64,000 nt of DNA. It comes from Bacteroidota bacterium (GTDB taxonomy: Bacteria > Bacteroidota > Bacteroidia > NS11-12g > UBA955). Every line of letters begins with the position of its first letter. Position 1 is the first letter of the stretch. The notes below the pieces were generated by a model. That model saw nothing but the letters and a program-made list of their open reading frames with translations, was not told the DNA's origin and searched no databases. The DNA is taken from positions 24,110-88,109 of the forward strand of contig JANXMZ010000033.1 of the NCBI GenBank assembly GCA_025354385.1, read 5' to 3'. The translations under genes and the position numbers were made by a program. This document shows, in pieces, positions 47,001 to 55,347 of this stretch.

Positions 47001-49648
47001 TGATTGACATCTGTAGACAAACCTTCGTATTCATTTTTTGTTTCTGGTGTTCTTAATCCCACATAATTTTTATATGGTGAATAGGGTGCGCTAAAACGAT
47101 CGATACTAAAATCGCCACCCTCCTCGAATACACGCGTTACAAAATTAGCCCTCAATAAACCCGGTGCATTTTTTCCAGCCGAAAATACCGATCGAATAGA
47201 GGCTTCTCCATCTTGATTTAGCGAACCATCGAACACGGTCATTTCATCTCCATAATAAGTACGCAATGGCGAATCAAACACATAATTTTTACATCCATCA
47301 AATTTTGTTTCTGTTTGACTGAGTGAAACATTCACTACCGTTTTTAAATTGCGAGCAATTGCGCCATGCAACCATTGAACACGCAACTTACCGACCGTAT
47401 CGTTTTCATGTTCTGAAATTTTCGAATTTTTTAAATCAAAATAAATTTTTAAACGATTGGGTTTTACCGTTTCAATCTTAATAGTATGCGAGAATGATTG
47501 ACTTCCTACACGCGCTACTGCCATATAATTTCCCGTCATAGCTTCGTCTACTGTAACGGTTCTAAAATCGTATAAGCCATTTATATTTTCCGATTTTGTT
47601 TGTTGATAAACAACGGTACCATCAGGATTTTGCAACTCAAATTTTACAGGATAGTTAGCAGGCAATCTTTTTTCTTTATCTTCCAAAATAAAATTTAAAT
47701 ACAGGGAATCGCCAGGGCGCCAAACACCGCGTTCGCCATAAATAAACCCTTTAATACCCTTTTGCACTATTTCTCCTTCTATATCATATTTGCTCAAAGA
47801 ATTGGCATGACCGTCTTGTAGTTTTAAGTACCCTTTTTGGGCACCAAAACTAGCCACCATCAAAAATGGTTTCTGTTTCAAATGTGTTTCCATCATCCCA
47901 TTTTTATCTGTTACACCTTTTGCAATAAGCTGCTTGGTATAATCGTAATAAGCTACTTCACAATTTGCCAAAGGTTGCGCGGTAATCATATTGGTTATAA
48001 AGGCATGTGCTTTTTTATCTTCATCCAATTTATATATCATGCCAATATCTGAGGCCAATATATTGCGACTTTCGGCCTTGCCTTCATAATATTCATCTGT
48101 GCAAGGTGAATATTGATCATTGTAATAGTCATCCCAGTTTTCATAACCTCCATCAAAACTATAACTATTCCATTGATCCTCGTTCCAATTTTTATCTGTA
48201 TGAAAAAAATCCATAATAGAAGATTGTTGATTCTCCAAATTTTCACTACTTGTTGCAGTCTCTTCCTCATCATCACAATTGCATAAGGCGTATGATTTAT
48301 TAAATTTAATACTAACCCTATAAATAGCACCTTGCTCAGGTTTAATCAAATGAGCCAAATCAATTACATGTGCATTCCATTGTTTCAAATTTTTTGATTT
48401 GTCGTAAGTTAGATCAATTTTTTTCTCAACTATCACTTTACCAACCCTGGTCAATCCATCCTCCCCATTCAAATTATTAACTTGCAAAAACTGGTGTACA
48501 TTGTTTTGAAAAATTTTAATAATACGCACATCTACTGCTTTTAAACTAATGGCTTTAAACGGAAATATGAGTCCGCCTGAATTCGGCAAAATACTACCAT
48601 CGCCAAACAATCTAACCCTTGGCAAAGGCGCTTCAAAATTAACGGCTTCAGAAAATGCTTCATTCATATGAAACCCCTTTTGACTTTTAATACCAGTGCT
48701 TACTTTAATAGTTTTAACCCCTTCTAATCTCAGTCCAGGATATACTTTCACCACATTACCCTCTACAGAATAGGTTAAATTATCGGCCCCCTCTAATGTT
48801 ACAATTCCCTTCAAATTTTGATTATAAGCAATGGGTTCCGTAAAATTTAAGACCATGGTTTGATCATCTTCATCTATTACTTTCACCTCCGAAACAGAAA
48901 AATCTCCCATGGCAGAAATTTCTATTTTTTGATTGCCGCTAGACAGGGCCTGTATGGGCTTACCATTCCAATTAACAAGCACTTCACCCTTATTCATGCC
49001 GCGTTTAATACTGTCTATATAAAAATAGAAATCGTTGTTATTATACGAATTGCTCCAATTAATCTTAGCTTCTTTTTGATTGACCAATGCAGAAATGGTT
49101 TTTTTTATAAGCGCAGTGTCAGCAAAATCTGAAGTGGTAATTCTACCAGTTAATTTTCGCCATTCCGTATTATTATCATCATAAGTTCTTAATCCATCTA
49201 TCACCACATTCATATTTTGAGGATAAGAAGCAAACTGAAATTGAAATTCTTCAAAATCATTTTTTACGATGGCTACTTTTTCCAACTGAAATGTAGCGGT
49301 GTAAAATTGATTGGCAGGCAACGGCCTATCGGGAATAAACTCAATAACCCTCTCATTTACCCATTGGCTTCTCCCTTTAATTTCTGGTTCGAATTCAAAG
49401 ATATCTTTCAGTAAATTTGAATCGGGCAATAATTTTTTATTATCATTGTTCGCTCCTTTAAACGGCTCTGCAAGTTCTATGCGAATAGCTTGTTGGCTGC
49501 TAATATTGCCTGATGTATAGCCAGAAACATATTTGGCGTATTCTGGGTTTACAGTTATCATTTGCGGTCTTTTGTTAAGACAAGAGTTCAAAAAGATGAG
49601 CACTCCGGCTAAAAAAAGAAGCATAAGAAGTTTGATTTGATGTATCAT
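44006..49648 (-). CDS. Bacterial alpha-2-macroglobulin family lipoprotein (YfhM-like) with an intact thioester motif
   Basis: 1880 aa. Lipobox LIFLNSC. The thioester CIEQ in YPHGCIEQTTSSVFPQL is encoded at 45398-45409. The repeated MG-domain architecture and size fit bacterial A2M. Confidence 0.9.
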   Translation of the reverse strand: MIHQIKLLMLLFLAGVLIFLNSCLNKRPQMITVNPEYAKYVSGYTSGNISSQQAIRIELAEPFKGANNDNKKLLPDSNLLKDIFEFEPEIKGRSQWVNERVIEFIPDRPLPANQFYTATFQLEKVAIVKNDFEEFQFQFASYPQNMNVVIDGLRTYDDNNTEWRKLTGRITTSDFADTALIKKTISALVNQKEAKINWSNSYNNNDFYFYIDSIKRGMNKGEVLVNWNGKPIQALSSGNQKIEISAMGDFSVSEVKVIDEDDQTMVLNFTEPIAYNQNLKGIVTLEGADNLTYSVEGNVVKVYPGLRLEGVKTIKVSTGIKSQKGFHMNEAFSEAVNFEAPLPRVRLFGDGSILPNSGGLIFPFKAISLKAVDVRIIKIFQNNVHQFLQVNNLNGEDGLTRVGKVIVEKKIDLTYDKSKNLKQWNAHVIDLAHLIKPEQGAIYRVSIKFNKSYALCNCDDEEETATSSENLENQQSSIMDFFHTDKNWNEDQWNSYSFDGGYENWDDYYNDQYSPCTDEYYEGKAESRNILASDIGMIYKLDEDKKAHAFITNMITAQPLANCEVAYYDYTKQLIAKGVTDKNGMMETHLKQKPFLMVASFGAQKGYLKLQDGHANSLSKYDIEGEIVQKGIKGFIYGERGVWRPGDSLYLNFILEDKEKRLPANYPVKFELQNPDGTVVYQQTKSENINGLYDFRTVTVDEAMTGNYMAVARVGSQSFSHTIKIETVKPNRLKIYFDLKNSKISEHENDTVGKLRVQWLHGAIARNLKTVVNVSLSQTETKFDGCKNYVFDSPLRTYYGDEMTVFDGSLNQDGEASIRSVFSAGKNAPGLLRANFVTRVFEEGGDFSIDRFSAPYSPYKNYVGLRTPETKNEYEGLSTDVNHLFEIASVDANGKAVNMEQVQLKIYKLQWRWWYENDEEDLASYVSRSSAIVLKDTLLKIVNGKNNYRFRMDNNNYGRYLITLTDLKGGHQTGKIIKVDWPYWSRGNNTNRDNSTMLNFSCDKTQYTVGENIKLSFPSPADGKALISIETGSKVIKKFWVNTIKGETKTTFVASSDMSPNAYVHVTLLQPHANTKNDLPIRMYGVISLNIDDPKTHLKPLMVMADVWKPESKVNVLVKEELGKPMTYTLAIVDDGLLDLTRFKTPQPWQSFYAKEALGVKTWDMYDQVIGAYAGRLDKLLSVGGDGDGLAGKGVKANRFKPMVKFMGPYTLGAGQQKNHSIEIPNYVGSVRVMVVAENNGAYGSTEKTIAVKKPLMVLATLPRVLGPSESIYLPVDVFAMESHVKDVKVEIEVNDLLSVDGVVKQSITFRKTGDEVLNFKLNVAPRIGVAKIKIVATSGKERATQEIEVEVRIANPKVTDAKEFTMAAGQSVSQQINFIGLSGTNKFVVEVSNIPSLGLDKRLDYLIKYPHGCIEQTTSSVFPQLFVSNLMDLKASQKDQIAKNIKAGIKRLQLFQTSNGGFSYWPGESYESEWGSNYAGHFMIEAEKMGYSLPFNMKNKWLKYQINEARNWDMKNSVYNQPHGDESYQLTQTYRLFVLALSGNAELGAMNRIREERGLGEASKWRLAAAYQLVGQTEVAKQLIGKLSIRIEPYKELAFSYGSDMRDEAMILETLTLMKEDAKAAQLSKNIIQKLNNSEWMSTQETAYNLLAICKYTGADKNGNGFSYSYSLNNGAPIQEQSRKAISKFSYNDKEIKSNSNVKIANKGNTTLYVKLMTEGIPLLGDQTLVSNELSMNIVYKTIKGQIIQPDKIVQGTDFIAEISITNPGNKGNYYEMALNQIFASGWEIHNNRMDGQNSGVNDSRYQDIRDDRIYSYYDLMSKHTKVFTVKLNATYLGKFYLPTVYTEAMYNHAINARIPGKWVEVIKDPVGLAALGRR

Positions 49649-49828
49649 AATGGATGAATTAATGAAACAAAATTGAAGTGCCGAGACTGCTATTTTTTGA
49701 CAATCTATAAAATGCAGGGAATTAATTATTATGCGCAGATGAATGGAAATTATTTGAATTGCCCATGTCTTCAGTCATGGTTCATTCATTTTTAATTTTC
49801 CATATCTTTGAATCCAATATAAATTACA

Positions 49829-50608
49829 ATGTCAAAAATTGGGTTGGTCTTATCTGGCGGAGGCACGCGATGTGTAGCGCATTTGGGCATCGTCAAAGCG
49901 CTGAATGAATATGACATACATTTCGACATGATTTCAGGCACCAGCGGAGGAGCAGCCATTGGCGCCTTTCTTACCAAAGGTTATTCTCCTGAAAAAATTA
50001 CTGACATTATTAAGAATGGTAAATTATTTGACTTTAAACATTTTTTATTTGGCAAGGCTGGTTTATTTAATATGAGCCTTTTCGAAAATTTAATATTGGA
50101 ACATTTCCCCGAAAATACTTTCGAAAGTTTGAATATACCATTGGTGGTAACAGCTACCGATATTATAAATGGAGAACCTGTTTATTTTTCGAAAGGCAAA
50201 TTATCTACAGCAATTATAGCATCTTCTTGCATTCCCGTTATTTTCGAACCTATTACCTATCAACATTATTTATTGGTGGATGGTGGCGTGTTAAACAATT
50301 TGCCCATTGAACCAATTAAAGATAAATGCGACAAAATTATTGGCATACATGTTAACTCGGTAAGCACGCGCAAAAAAGATTTGCGCATGAAAGATATGTT
50401 AGACCGCAGTTTTCATTTTGCCTTGCGCAGCTCTGTAACTCAAAAACTACATTTATGTGATTTGTTTTTGGAACCGCCCCACATGACCCAATACGGTATG
50501 TTTGATTTCGACAAGAGCGAAGAAATATTTGAATATGCATATCGATATGCGCTTTCCAAAAAAGAAAGTATATTGGCATTTAAAGCAGGTTTCTCACCAA
50601 ATAATTAA
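49829..50608 (+). CDS. Patatin-like phospholipase
   Basis: GLVLSGGGTRCVAHLG (oxyanion GGG), GTSGGA (GxSxG) and VDGGVLNNLP (the catalytic Asp in DGG). Confidence 0.9.
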   Translation: MSKIGLVLSGGGTRCVAHLGIVKALNEYDIHFDMISGTSGGAAIGAFLTKGYSPEKITDIIKNGKLFDFKHFLFGKAGLFNMSLFENLILEHFPENTFESLNIPLVVTATDIINGEPVYFSKGKLSTAIIASSCIPVIFEPITYQHYLLVDGGVLNNLPIEPIKDKCDKIIGIHVNSVSTRKKDLRMKDMLDRSFHFALRSSVTQKLHLCDLFLEPPHMTQYGMFDFDKSEEIFEYAYRYALSKKESILAFKAGFSPNN

Positions 50609-51430
50609 GCCTTCTAATCCTATTTTAGATAACATACCAAAAAGTTTGTTTTTTACAGCTATGTTCTTTATGGAACCCCATTTTTTGTGAAATTTCAAAT
50701 GCCCATCCAGTAATTTTTCATTTTTTAAAATCCAATTATACCCCTCTGTATATAAATAATCTGGCAAGTCTGATCTTCTTCTTTTCAAATTGTTAAAAGC
50801 CTCTGCACCTTCTTCTTTTTTTGTGGCAGTGTTTTCGCCACCTATATGTTCAACGATAGAATGAGATACCAAGGCATGTCGCACATGGTATTTTTTGAGG
50901 GTCATGGCGTAATCATCATCGGCATAATAAAAGTCGAATTGCTCATCCAATAATCCAATACTATCAAAAAGTTTTTTATCTGCCACCAAGCACCAACCTT
51001 TGATATGTCTGCGCACCTCGTAACCTTGCAAAAACATACCAACTGGTATTTTTTCTTTGGGTTGAACAGGGCAAAAGGACAAAAAATCAGGGTATTGCTT
51101 TTTTACTCTCAATATAGCACTGAACCAAGCATTATGAAAAATCAAATCGTTATTACACAGAGCTACCATGGATTGACTTGCCAATTTTATGCCTTCGTTT
51201 AGGTAGGCATGGAAATTAAAGGTTTGCTCTGGCACAATTACTTTAACATTATCTGGATAAGCAAAACCTTCAGATAAATAATTGTGATTACTTTCTATCA
51301 AAAGAATTTCGAGTTCATAGGTATTTATAAAATCTTCCGATTGAATAAGGGTGCGAATACAATTCAATGTCATGCGGTGTATTTTTTCACTACGCGTATA
51401 ACTGAGAATTACAACCGAAAGCCCTTGCAT
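50594..51430 (-). CDS. Glycosyltransferase family 2
   Basis: LSVVILSYTRSEK N-terminus and the CNNDLIF / ADDDY acidic motifs. 278 aa. Confidence 0.8.
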   Translation of the reverse strand: MQGLSVVILSYTRSEKIHRMTLNCIRTLIQSEDFINTYELEILLIESNHNYLSEGFAYPDNVKVIVPEQTFNFHAYLNEGIKLASQSMVALCNNDLIFHNAWFSAILRVKKQYPDFLSFCPVQPKEKIPVGMFLQGYEVRRHIKGWCLVADKKLFDSIGLLDEQFDFYYADDDYAMTLKKYHVRHALVSHSIVEHIGGENTATKKEEGAEAFNNLKRRRSDLPDYLYTEGYNWILKNEKLLDGHLKFHKKWGSIKNIAVKNKLFGMLSKIGLEGLIIW

Positions 51431-51509
51431 AGGTGCAATATTAAATCATTTTTGTTAGATATACGTGAGGAGACTAGCGTATGGGTTTGTCAGCTTACAA
51501 AGAAAAATA

Positions 51510-51926
51510 TCAAGATTCCTCTAATCTTTGATAATACTCATTCACAAAAGTCTTTTGACCTTCATGGTAAAGATTTACAACATTAAAATTTACTAACATA
51601 CCTTTGGGAGCTTTTGTCAACTTCATATAAGTTAATAATTGTGCTTCATGAATGGGCATAAATTCAGCAACTGATTTCAATTCTAAAACCATGCAGTTTT
51701 CAACATATAAATCACATTTCAAATTTGGATTAAAATCACAACCCTTGAAATTCAGTGGCACCCACATTTCAGAGACAAAATTCACGCCTCTTAATCTAAG
51801 CTCATGCTTTAGACAATGGTGATAAACACTTTCGAGTAAACCAGGCCCTAGCGCCTTATGTACCTCAATTGCAGCTCCATTAACTTGATAAGTAAGATTT
51901 CGAAGAAAAGATTTAGTAATTTCCAT
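51510..51926 (-). CDS. GxxExxY protein (PD-(D/E)XK-like family, often found in 23S rRNA intervening sequences)
   Basis: GAAIEVHKALGPGLLESVYHHCLKHEL contains the eponymous G-x-x-E-x-x-Y. 138 aa. Confidence 0.85.
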   Translation of the reverse strand: MEITKSFLRNLTYQVNGAAIEVHKALGPGLLESVYHHCLKHELRLRGVNFVSEMWVPLNFKGCDFNPNLKCDLYVENCMVLELKSVAEFMPIHEAQLLTYMKLTKAPKGMLVNFNVVNLYHEGQKTFVNEYYQRLEES

Positions 51927-52020
51927 AAGTAATAGTTTTCACCAAAAATCAATAGAAATAATGAGAAGAAAAAATTTCGCATCTAAAAAAATAGAAAATA
52001 GCTTTAAAGTGGTTCTATTA

Positions 52021-52453
52021 GAGGTATTTATTGCAAGCATTAAATTCAAAACCTTTTAACACAATAGTCACAATAGTTGGGGCAGATAAGTCACAGAAGT
52101 TTTTTTAAAAAAATTAATAATTTAATTGGCAAAAATTAATAATTCTTTTGTGACTTCTTGGCTTTCACTTTTGTGACTTTGTGTTTTATTCCCTTTCGAC
52201 TGAAAGTCGGAAGCATTTGTTCCCTTTGCGTCCTAAATAATTCTTTTGTGACGCCTTGGGAGGTATTTATTGCAAGCATTAAATTCAAAACCTTTTAACA
52301 CAATAGTCACAATAGTTGGGGCAGATTAGTCACAGAAGTTTTTTTTAAAAAATCAATAATTTAATTGGCAAAAATTAATAATTCTTTTGTGACTTCTTGG
52401 CTTTCACTTTTGTGACTTTGTGTTTTATTCCCTTTCGACTGAAAGTCGGAAGC
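52021..52453. repeat. Tandem duplication of a 194-bp unit (copies 52021-52214 and 52260-52453, period 239 bp, 3 substitutions)
   Basis: I aligned the two copies by eye and they have equal length. The differences are ATAAG/ATTAG, T7A7/T8A6 and TTAATAA/TCAATAA. Each copy ends in the hairpin CTTTCGACT-gaa-AGTCGGAAG and contains several GTGAC/GTCAC words. Confidence 0.9.
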
Positions 52454-52511
52454 CTTCTTTTCCTCGTGGTGTTTACCCCAACCCTTAAGCACCCTCTTTT
52501 TAATTTATTTT

Positions 52512-52529
52512 TGTTTCAATATTGAAACA
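52512..52529. promoter_or_regulatory. Perfect 18-bp palindrome TGTTTCAATATTGAAACA 20 nt upstream of gpsA
   Basis: Read directly from the sequence. Function unknown. Confidence 0.35.
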
Positions 52530-52549
52530 CATTAAATTCGCCCTGTATC

Positions 52550-53557
52550 GTGAATAATAAAATCAATAAAATTGCAGTCATAGGCAATGGTAGTTGGGCC
52601 ACTGCTCTTATAAAAATAATGACGGACAGTGGTGCACCTATCAGTATTCACTGGGCCCTTAGGAAGGAGGAAGATGTTATCTTTATTAATAATTATGGTC
52701 ATAACCCCCGTTATCTGGCAGATGTGCGCCTTAATTTCGACAAGGTAACCATTGGAAATAATTTAACAGAAATTGTAAAAGAAGCCGATACCATTTTGAT
52801 AGCGGTGCCCTCCGCATTTGTGCATACAGTGCTGAGCGAACTTGATCACTCTGCTTTTGAAAACAAAATAATTTTATCTGCTGTTAAAGGCGTCATTCCA
52901 GAAACACATCAAATTATTAGTCATTATTTGCATGAAACATGGGGAGTTGCCAAAGATAATATTGCAGCTGTTAGCGGACCCTGCCATGCAGAAGAAGTGG
53001 CCATGGAGAAGCTCAGTTTCTTAACCATAGCATCTGCAAATGAAGATACGGCAAGTATACTTGCACAAATTTTATCCTGTCATTATATTCATTGCAAAAC
53101 AACTACTGATATAGATGGTATTGAATATTCTTCGGTACTAAAAAATGTATATGCTATTGCCTGTGGCATTTGCCATGGCATTGGGTATGGCGATAATTTT
53201 CAGGCAGTAATGGTTTCGAGTGCTGCCCGCGAAATTGAACGTTTCTTAGATGCCAGTCACCAAACGCACCGCGATGTAAAAGAGAATGCTTACCTGGGCG
53301 ACTTATTGGTAACCGCTTATTCTCAATTCAGCAGAAATAGAACCTTCGGCAATATGTTGGGAAAGGGTTACAATGTAAAAAGTGCTCAAATGGAAATGAA
53401 CATGATAGCAGAAGGTTATTATGCTACTAAAACCATGCACGATATTAATGAGGAAGTAAAGTCGGATATGCCAATTCTAGATGCTGTTTTCGAAATCATT
53501 TACAAAAACGCCTCTACCAAAAAAACCATGGCAGCCCTTACTGAAAAATTAGTGTAA
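52550..53557 (+). CDS. gpsA: NAD(P)H-dependent glycerol-3-phosphate dehydrogenase
   Basis: KIAVIGNGSWATAL Rossmann loop, ...SGPCHAEEVA..., and the NMIAEGYYATK C-terminal domain. GTG start. 335 aa. Confidence 0.9.
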   Translation: MNNKINKIAVIGNGSWATALIKIMTDSGAPISIHWALRKEEDVIFINNYGHNPRYLADVRLNFDKVTIGNNLTEIVKEADTILIAVPSAFVHTVLSELDHSAFENKIILSAVKGVIPETHQIISHYLHETWGVAKDNIAAVSGPCHAEEVAMEKLSFLTIASANEDTASILAQILSCHYIHCKTTTDIDGIEYSSVLKNVYAIACGICHGIGYGDNFQAVMVSSAAREIERFLDASHQTHRDVKENAYLGDLLVTAYSQFSRNRTFGNMLGKGYNVKSAQMEMNMIAEGYYATKTMHDINEEVKSDMPILDAVFEIIYKNASTKKTMAALTEKLV

Positions 53558-53602
53558 CTATTTTTGATTATAAACAATCTACCGACTGTATACCTCGTGT
53601 CC

Positions 53603-53650
53603 TGTCACCCTGAGCTTGTCGAAGCGTGTCACCCTGAGCTTGTCGAAGGG
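53603..53650. repeat. 2 x 24-bp tandem repeat TGTCACCCTGAGCTTGTCGAAG(C/G)G
   Basis: Units at 53603-53626 and 53627-53650 with one mismatch. The second unit can fold as CACCCT-N11-AGGGTG. It lies between the convergent gpsA and the symporter gene. Confidence 0.8.
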
Positions 53651-53668
53651 TGCTTCCTCCCTCCTTCT

Positions 53669-54898
53669 CTAATGATGTATCACTTCCCCCTCCATTTTAC
53701 TTACAGCAACGGTTGCAATTGCATTGCCCACCACATTGGTGGCTGTTCTACCCATGTCTAAAAACTGATCTATTGGCAACAATAAAGCCAAACCCGCTTC
53801 GGGAATATTAAAGCCCGAAATGGTAGCGGCAATAACGACCAAAGAGGCTCGCGGCACACCGGCTATGCCCTTACTTGTTATCATCAACACTAAGAGCATT
53901 GTTATTTGCTGACTGATGCTTAAATCAACTCCATAAGCTTGTGCTATTAACAAAGAACCAAAAGTCATGTACATCATGCTGCCATCCAAATTGAATGAAT
54001 AACCCAATGGCAAAACAAAACTTGTAATTTTTTCTTTGATACCAAAACGATCGAGTTGATTCAATAATTTAGGATAAGCCGACTCGCTGCTTGCTGTGGC
54101 AAATGCCAACATCAAAGGTTCCTTAATATGACTCAACAAACTCCACACTTTGTTTTTTATAAATGCATAGCCAAAACTTAGTAAGACCACCCATAATAGT
54201 AGCAACCCAAAATAAAACATACCGATTAGTTTGCTATATTGCACCAGTATTCCTATGCCTTTTTCCGCTACCACAACAGATATAGAACTGAATACGGCCA
54301 ATGGCGCAATCCACATAATCATATTGGTTAATTTCAACATGGCATGAGCCAAGCTATCCATCAATTTTACTAAAGGCTCACCTCTCTCGCCTATGCCTGC
54401 TAAAGCCAAACCAAAAAAGATAGAGAACACTACTATTTGCAAAACCATTTTATGACTGGATAGGGCCACAAAAATATTTTCAGGAATTAATTGATCTACA
54501 AAATGTGCAATGGTAAATCCTTCAGTGGTTGGAATACTGCTGATGGATTGTGTTGGCAGCGACCCCGCAAACTGATCGCCAGGGCGCAATATATTCACCA
54601 ATATTAAACCCAATGTTAATGAAATTAGACTCGCAAAAATAAACCAACCAATGGTTTTAACACCCATGCGACCAACTGTTTTAGCATCGCCTATGCCTGC
54701 CACACCAACTATGAGGGTACTCAATACCAATGGACCAATAATCAATTTAATCAATTTTAAAAAAATGATAGAACCAAAAGCTGCAATTCCTGTATAGGTT
54801 TTAATAGTGGCCGCATCGGCATTCAAATTCACAAAGGTTCCAACTGCTATTCCTAGTAGCAATCCCAACATGATTAAATGGGTTAATTTTATTTTCAT
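53669..54898 (-). CDS. Dicarboxylate/amino-acid:cation symporter (DAACS/GltP-DctA family)
   Basis: 409 aa polytopic protein with SSESAYP, GIAGVP and DMGRTATNVVGN motifs typical of the SDF family. Confidence 0.9.
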   Translation of the reverse strand: MKIKLTHLIMLGLLLGIAVGTFVNLNADAATIKTYTGIAAFGSIIFLKLIKLIIGPLVLSTLIVGVAGIGDAKTVGRMGVKTIGWFIFASLISLTLGLILVNILRPGDQFAGSLPTQSISSIPTTEGFTIAHFVDQLIPENIFVALSSHKMVLQIVVFSIFFGLALAGIGERGEPLVKLMDSLAHAMLKLTNMIMWIAPLAVFSSISVVVAEKGIGILVQYSKLIGMFYFGLLLLWVVLLSFGYAFIKNKVWSLLSHIKEPLMLAFATASSESAYPKLLNQLDRFGIKEKITSFVLPLGYSFNLDGSMMYMTFGSLLIAQAYGVDLSISQQITMLLVLMITSKGIAGVPRASLVVIAATISGFNIPEAGLALLLPIDQFLDMGRTATNVVGNAIATVAVSKMEGEVIHH

Positions 54899-55347
54899 TC
54901 TTTTAAATTTTCTAAATCATTAATATCTCTTGGTCTTGCTGAAGCAGCCTTTGCTTTTTTTAAATCGTTGATGTGGATTACACGAACATCAAAGCCTTCT
55001 TCTTTATAAATACTAGAATTTTGATGTGCCCGTTCAAAAGACAAACCAAGAATATCGGTCATTAAGTCAATCCTCGAAGGGGGTAACCCAAATCTAAATA
55101 CCTCCTTTTTGGGATTGAGAAACTCTTCTAGGGTCATATCAAACACAGGCATTTGAAACATCTCAAAAGCCTTTACAATTTTTTTGTAATTATCTTCCGT
55201 TTTGTTGACCCAAATGTCCATATCACCTGTCGTTCTTGAATATCCATGAATGATTACAGAGTAACCACCTACAAGTATATATTCTACATTTGAATGATTT
55301 AGACTTTCAATAAATTCTTGGAAATCAGTATTAAAGAGATTACTCAT
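54895..55347 (-). CDS. Minimal nucleotidyltransferase-fold protein (AbiEii/DUF6036-like)
   Basis: ILVGGYSVIIHGYSRTTGDMDIWV (GG...G..R.T.D.D NTase motif) and C-terminal KAASARPRDINDLENL. ATGA overlap with the symporter gene and an 8-nt overlap with the upstream 65-aa ORF. Confidence 0.7.
   Translation of the reverse strand: MSNLFNTDFQEFIESLNHSNVEYILVGGYSVIIHGYSRTTGDMDIWVNKTEDNYKKIVKAFEMFQMPVFDMTLEEFLNPKKEVFRFGLPPSRIDLMTDILGLSFERAHQNSSIYKEEGFDVRVIHINDLKKAKAASARPRDINDLENLKE

Noticed and set aside
52021-52453. The tandem repeat as a CRISPR array
   Set aside because: There are only two long (194-bp) near-identical copies with a 45-bp spacer. There is no 24-40-bp repeat/spacer periodicity and no cas genes in the window.
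53564-53761. A 65-aa plus-strand ORF after gpsA
   Set aside because: It contains the translated 24-bp tandem repeat (CHPELVEACHPELVEG) and overlaps the 3' end of the well-supported symporter gene on the opposite strand.
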